Origin: an uncultured delta proteobacterium
GTDB lineage: Bacteria > Desulfobacterota > RBG-13-43-22
Direction: 5' to 3'
Assembly (NCBI GenBank): GCA_963843145.1
Contig: CAWJJC010000027.1
Location: 160,001 to 224,000 of the forward strand
Length of the DNA: 64,000 bases
Position numbers and translations under genes: made by a program
The notes under the pieces: generated by a model
Databases searched by the model: none
What the model was told of the DNA's origin: nothing
What the model saw: only the letters and a program-made list of their open reading frames with translations
Shown here: piece after piece, positions 60,099 through 64,000 of the stretch
Position numbering within the stretch: position 1 is the first letter of the stretch
Layout: each line of letters starts with the position of its first letter

Positions 60099-60668
60099 TT
60101 ACCGCAAAGACGCAAAGGACGCGAAGAGGCATTTTCTCCGTCCGGAAAAGACCCGGACGGAGAAAATGCCTGGTCAAGAGAACAGTTCTAAAGCAACTAT
60201 GGATATCAATCCATTAAGCAATGTAATTATCGGGGCGGCCATTGAGGTCCATAAAAACCTGGGTCCCGGTTTACTGGAATCCGCTTATGAGGAGAGTATG
60301 TGTTGGGAATTGGCTCACCAAAAGGTGCCCTTTGAAAGGCAAAAACTCTTGCCCTTAAGTTATAAGGGGCACGCCTTAGACTGCGGATACCGTTTGGATA
60401 TTTTGGTCGACAACCAAATCGTACTGGAACTAAAATCGGTGGAACGGCTTGAACCCATTCACAAAGCCCAATTGTTGACCTACCTGAAGCTCTCGGGTTT
60501 TCCGATGGGGTTACTCATGAATTTCAATACTCCTTTAATGCGCCAAGGCATCGTGCGACTCGTAAACAATTTCAAGGAATAGCCCCGCCGGTGGGGTGAA
60601 GTTGTTTTATTGGCGGCGAGGGCCGCCAATAAAAAGAATTTTTTGCGCCCTTCGCGTCTTTGCGGTGA
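60099..60668 (+). mobile_element. Inverted-repeat-bounded cassette carrying a GxxExxY gene
   Basis: Arms accgcaaagacgcaaaggacgcgaa / tttgcgcccttcgcgtctttgcggt; inner hairpins at ~60129-60169 and ~60605-60634. Confidence 0.72.
60199..60582 (+). CDS. GxxExxY protein (PD-(D/E)XK nuclease superfamily)
   Basis: VHKNLGPGLLESAYE, YRLDILVD, VLELKSVE, HKAQLLTYLK, GLLMNF. Confidence 0.93.
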   Translation: MDINPLSNVIIGAAIEVHKNLGPGLLESAYEESMCWELAHQKVPFERQKLLPLSYKGHALDCGYRLDILVDNQIVLELKSVERLEPIHKAQLLTYLKLSGFPMGLLMNFNTPLMRQGIVRLVNNFKE

Positions 60669-60678
60669 GTACGCTTTT

Positions 60679-62352
60679 ATGCATTCAAACAAAATCCATA
60701 TCTGCAAGGCCTTCCAGGAACAGGCGGAGAAGACCCCCCGGAAAGCGGCCCTCGTCTACCTCGGCACTTCCTATTCCTACGCCGGACTTTTGAAGTCCGT
60801 GCGGGCTTTGGCCGCCAGCCTCCAGGCCTTGGGCCTGAAAGAAGGGGACAAGGTCGTTCTCTACCTGCCCAATTCCGTCCAGTGGGTCCTGGCCTGGCTG
60901 GCCGTTCAATGGATCGGCGGGGTGGCCGTGCCCATTACCCCTATCTACACGGCCCGCGACTTGAACTACATCGCCGGCGACACCGGCGCCGTGGCCGTAT
61001 TCTGCTCCGATCGAAATTTCGGCTATGTGCAGCAGGTCCTGGACTCCACTCCGCTCAAAACCATCGTCGTCACTAACCTGGCCGACTTACTCCCCTGGTG
61101 GAAGCGGTTTCTGGGTTGGGCCTTCGACATTATCCCCAGAGGAAGCGTGGCCAAAAGACCAGAGGTGCATCCCTTTCGTAGTCTCCTTTCCGGTCCGGCC
61201 GCATCGATCCCGGAGATCCGGGGAGGCGGTGAGGGGATAGCCGAAATCCTGTACACCGGCGGCACCACCAAACACCCCAAGGGAGTGCCCATCAGCCACC
61301 GGCTCTACCTGGGCTGCGCCCAAGAGCAGATCGGCGTCAGCGAACCCCTCTTTCCTTTGACCGAAAACGTGATCGCCGGTGGGGCCCCGCTGTTTCACGT
61401 CCTCGGCCAGACCTGCAGTCTGGGAACGATTTTCTTCGGGGGCACCCTGCTGGTCTTTCCCAAGGTGCAGTTGGACGCCCTGATGCACGCCATCCAGCGT
61501 TTCCGGGCCAAGACGCTGATCGGCGTGCCGGCCCTTTACCGGATGATCCTGGAACACGATCGACTGGATCTCTATGACCTCGGTTCCCTTCAATATTGCT
61601 TCAACGGCGGGGATGTACTTCCTCTGGAAATCGAAAAAAGGTGGCGGGATAAGTTCCAAAAGCCTATCTTCCAAGGGTATGGCGCTACCGAAACCTGCGG
61701 CGGAGTGACCATGGTGCCGACCGATCGTCCCACTCCGCCCCGGAGCATGGGCCGGGTCCTGGCCAGTAAATCCGTTCGGATTATCGACGCCACCACCCGG
61801 GAAATCGTACCCCGGGGAGAACCCGGGGAGTTAATCGTCTCCTCCCAACCCATGGTCGAAGCCTATTGGAATAAGCCGGAAGAGACGGCCGAAGCCTTTC
61901 TCACCCTAGAAGGGAAAAGGTGGTACCGGACCAGCGATATTGTCTCCGAGGACGAACAGGGGTACTTCTACTTTGTCGATCGAACCGTGGATACCATCAA
62001 ACACAAAGGCTATCGGGTTTCGGCTTCCGAGATCGAGGCCGTGCTTCAGGAACATCCGGCGGTCATCGAATCCTGCGTGGTGGGCATCCCCGACGAGAAA
62101 GTGGGCCAGCGGATCAAGGCCTTTGTGGTCTTAAAGAAAGATATCAAGGGTGTCACCGGCTACGACCTGATCAAGTGGGCCCGGGAACGACTGGTCTCCT
62201 ACAAGCTTCCCCAGTACATCGAGTTCCGCGATATGCTGCCCAAGTCCAAGGTGGGCAAGCTCCTGCGCCGGGAAATCCGCGGGGAGGAAGGCCGACGACA
62301 GGAAAAGGACGAAAAGAGCGACGCCGTGATGAAGGACAGCGGGATGGGATAG
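60679..62352 (+). CDS. AMP-forming acyl-CoA synthetase/ligase (paralog of 13882-15546)
   Basis: YTGGTTKHPKG, YGATE, GYRVSASEIEAVL, EFRDMLPKSKVGKLLRRE. Confidence 0.93.
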   Translation: MHSNKIHICKAFQEQAEKTPRKAALVYLGTSYSYAGLLKSVRALAASLQALGLKEGDKVVLYLPNSVQWVLAWLAVQWIGGVAVPITPIYTARDLNYIAGDTGAVAVFCSDRNFGYVQQVLDSTPLKTIVVTNLADLLPWWKRFLGWAFDIIPRGSVAKRPEVHPFRSLLSGPAASIPEIRGGGEGIAEILYTGGTTKHPKGVPISHRLYLGCAQEQIGVSEPLFPLTENVIAGGAPLFHVLGQTCSLGTIFFGGTLLVFPKVQLDALMHAIQRFRAKTLIGVPALYRMILEHDRLDLYDLGSLQYCFNGGDVLPLEIEKRWRDKFQKPIFQGYGATETCGGVTMVPTDRPTPPRSMGRVLASKSVRIIDATTREIVPRGEPGELIVSSQPMVEAYWNKPEETAEAFLTLEGKRWYRTSDIVSEDEQGYFYFVDRTVDTIKHKGYRVSASEIEAVLQEHPAVIESCVVGIPDEKVGQRIKAFVVLKKDIKGVTGYDLIKWARERLVSYKLPQYIEFRDMLPKSKVGKLLRREIRGEEGRRQEKDEKSDAVMKDSGMG

Positions 62353-62444
62353 GATGGGAATAAAGGGCGTTACTGGTTAAGAAGAGCGATGCCGGATACT
62401 GAATAGAAAAACAATAATTCCCGCTGAGTGCCAATTCCCGCCCT

Positions 62445-62903
62445 TTACAATTTTCGGTCGATCTTCTCGGGGTGATCGTTGACCCATTTCAGGAGGGCAT
62501 TAACTAGGCTTTCCACATCCTCGAGTTGCTGGCTGCAGATTTCGTAGAGTTCCTGATTCGAGATTTCCTGATAGAAATGGACCATTCGGTTTCTGTATCC
62601 CGCCATTTTTTCCAGCGCCCGCCCATCCTCTGCGCTTAGTATTCCCTGCTCGGCGAGTCGTTGGGCGATTTCCTTGTACTCCGTAACCGCCAGGCCGAAT
62701 CCCTTCGCCAGCATATGCCGCCCCAGATCCAGCAAGGCCTCCAAGGCTCGACGCAAATAAGATTCAGCCGAGGCCGAATTCCGGCGGTCAGAGATAAAAG
62801 ATTCGAACGACTCCAGCGGCAGGGATTTCAGCCTTTCCAGCATATCCCGGATCCAGGCGCTGCGTTCGGCAATCACTTGAGCCCTTAACAAATTTGGGGT
62901 CAC
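62445..62903 (-). CDS. hepT: HEPN RNase toxin (DUF86/HepT-like)
   Basis: RNRMVHFY (R-x4-H-x-Y); GTG 62903 overlaps the MNT stop. Confidence 0.85.
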   Translation of the reverse strand: MTPNLLRAQVIAERSAWIRDMLERLKSLPLESFESFISDRRNSASAESYLRRALEALLDLGRHMLAKGFGLAVTEYKEIAQRLAEQGILSAEDGRALEKMAGYRNRMVHFYQEISNQELYEICSQQLEDVESLVNALLKWVNDHPEKIDRKL

Positions 62904-63325
62904 CGCCCGCCTTCTTTCAGGATCGCCCGGATTCGCTCCCGCTGGAAATAACTCAGATCCCCTGCTCTTCTTAAAAAATAAAGTTCGTCTTCGGCTTGTT
63001 GATCGAAATCCCGGCAATAAAGGATTTCGCCGCGAATGATATCGAGGGCCAGGAAAGCATCCGCCTCCGGCAAGACCACCAGGTCAATTCTCCCGGCCCC
63101 GAACAACGCTTCCAGGGCCAGGGTCAATTCTACCCGGTCCTCCGCAGAGAGTCTCGTACCTTTTTCGGGTTGGATTCCCATATCCACATCCGAAGGGAGA
63201 GCGGAAACCGGTGCCGCCCTTCCTTCGAGCCGGCCGAAAATCTCCCCCGCTCGACTGCCAAAAACATAAATAGACGCCAGTCGGTATTGGTCAGCCAGAT
63301 GATGAAGTCGTTGTGTTGCCGTCAT
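62900..63325 (-). CDS. mntA: Minimal nucleotidyltransferase antitoxin (MntA-like)
   Basis: YVFGSRAG, SDVDMG, RIDLVVL; directly upstream of the HEPN gene. Confidence 0.85.
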   Translation of the reverse strand: MTATQRLHHLADQYRLASIYVFGSRAGEIFGRLEGRAAPVSALPSDVDMGIQPEKGTRLSAEDRVELTLALEALFGAGRIDLVVLPEADAFLALDIIRGEILYCRDFDQQAEDELYFLRRAGDLSYFQRERIRAILKEGGR

Positions 63326-63552
63326 GCCCGTCGCCCTCACAAGGAGGTAAATTCATTCTAATCCAATTTTCGGTTAGTATTTCAAATCTGTTAAATTTGT
63401 CAAGAAGTTATAGCCGAGTTCCGGTTTTGAGATTTCCGATTCGCAAAAATTAATCTGGTCAAATCTTCGAAAAGGCAGGGCCAGCCTGATAGGCATCAAA
63501 GGCCACTGAGTTTGGGCCTGCTTTAAATAAAATTAGTCGCTAGATAGAATTC

Positions 63553-63580
63553 TTGACTTTAGACGGAAATTATCTATAAT
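63553..63580 (+). promoter_or_regulatory. Sigma-70-type promoter of the AbrB-PIN operon
   Basis: TTGACT-16 nt-TATAAT about 30 nt before the ATG. Confidence 0.7.
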
Positions 63581-63609
63581 GAAAGAAAATCGTTCAATTG
63601 GAGGAAAAT

Positions 63610-63864
63610 ATGCCGATTATCGCTATCTCCGCCAAAGGTCAGGTGACGATTCCCAAAGAGGTAAGGAAGGCCATGAATCTTAAATCGGCCGACCGGGTGA
63701 TTATCGTCATGGAAGGAGACCAGGCGGTCATAAAACCGATCCGAGGTACCCTGATGGATATTGGAGGGTCCATCGCCATTCCTGAAGCGGAAAGGCCCAT
63801 TAATTTTAAGCAGGTCAGGGAATCCGTACGAAAAAAAATGGGCCAACGGGTGGCGAAGAAATGA
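63610..63864 (+). CDS. AbrB/MazE/SpoVT-family antitoxin
   Basis: ISAKGQVTIPKEVRKAMNLKSADRV. Confidence 0.9.
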   Translation: MPIIAISAKGQVTIPKEVRKAMNLKSADRVIIVMEGDQAVIKPIRGTLMDIGGSIAIPEAERPINFKQVRESVRKKMGQRVAKK

Positions 63865-64000
63865 CCGCTCCCATCAAGAAGTTTTTCATCGACACCAACA
63901 TCATTCTTCGTTACTTGACCAAGGATGACCCGGTCCAATTTCCGCGTTGTCGTCAACTCTTTAAAAAGGCCCAGGACGGTGAGGTACTTCTAATAACCTC
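63861..64000 (+). CDS. vapC: PIN-domain (VapC-like) toxin, N-terminal part (runs off window end)
   Basis: Manual translation MTAPIKKFFIDTNIILRYLTKDD; ATGA overlap with the antitoxin. Confidence 0.85.
   Translation, partial: MTAPIKKFFIDTNIILRYLTKDDPVQFPRCRQLFKKAQDGEVLLIT

Overview
Chromosomal window from a GC-rich bacterium; gene content suggests an anaerobic Desulfobacterota/deltaproteobacterial genome (inference). Most of it is housekeeping or metabolic: der, amgK-like kinase plus nucleotidyltransferase, lon-larC-greA, dGTPase, lptG, aconitase, two mtaD-like deaminases plus PNP, prfB with its programmed frameshift, lnt, an ECF sigma/anti-sigma pair, three Liv-type ABC operons (two paralogous ones ending in acyl-CoA ligases), two-component genes and two toxin-antitoxin pairs. 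The best candidate for an undescribed system is a visibly more AT-rich, co-oriented ~10.6 kb island (30907-41549, minus strand). It encodes a Zn-ribbon/class III cyclase/STAND-TPR protein, an isoprenyl-diphosphate-synthase-fold enzyme, two different radical SAM proteins, an 86-aa Nif11-like peptide with a Pro-rich tail ending in VY, a signal-less S53 protease and a geranylgeranyl-reductase-family flavoprotein; I read it as a putative prenylated, radical-SAM-modified RiPP pathway. Second, several families of short-unit inverted-repeat elements sit exactly at gene junctions, some carrying a GxxExxY nuclease gene or a four-helix-bundle remnant and some empty. Six genes carry small indels that look like assembly errors. 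All calls come from motif reading, without database searches.
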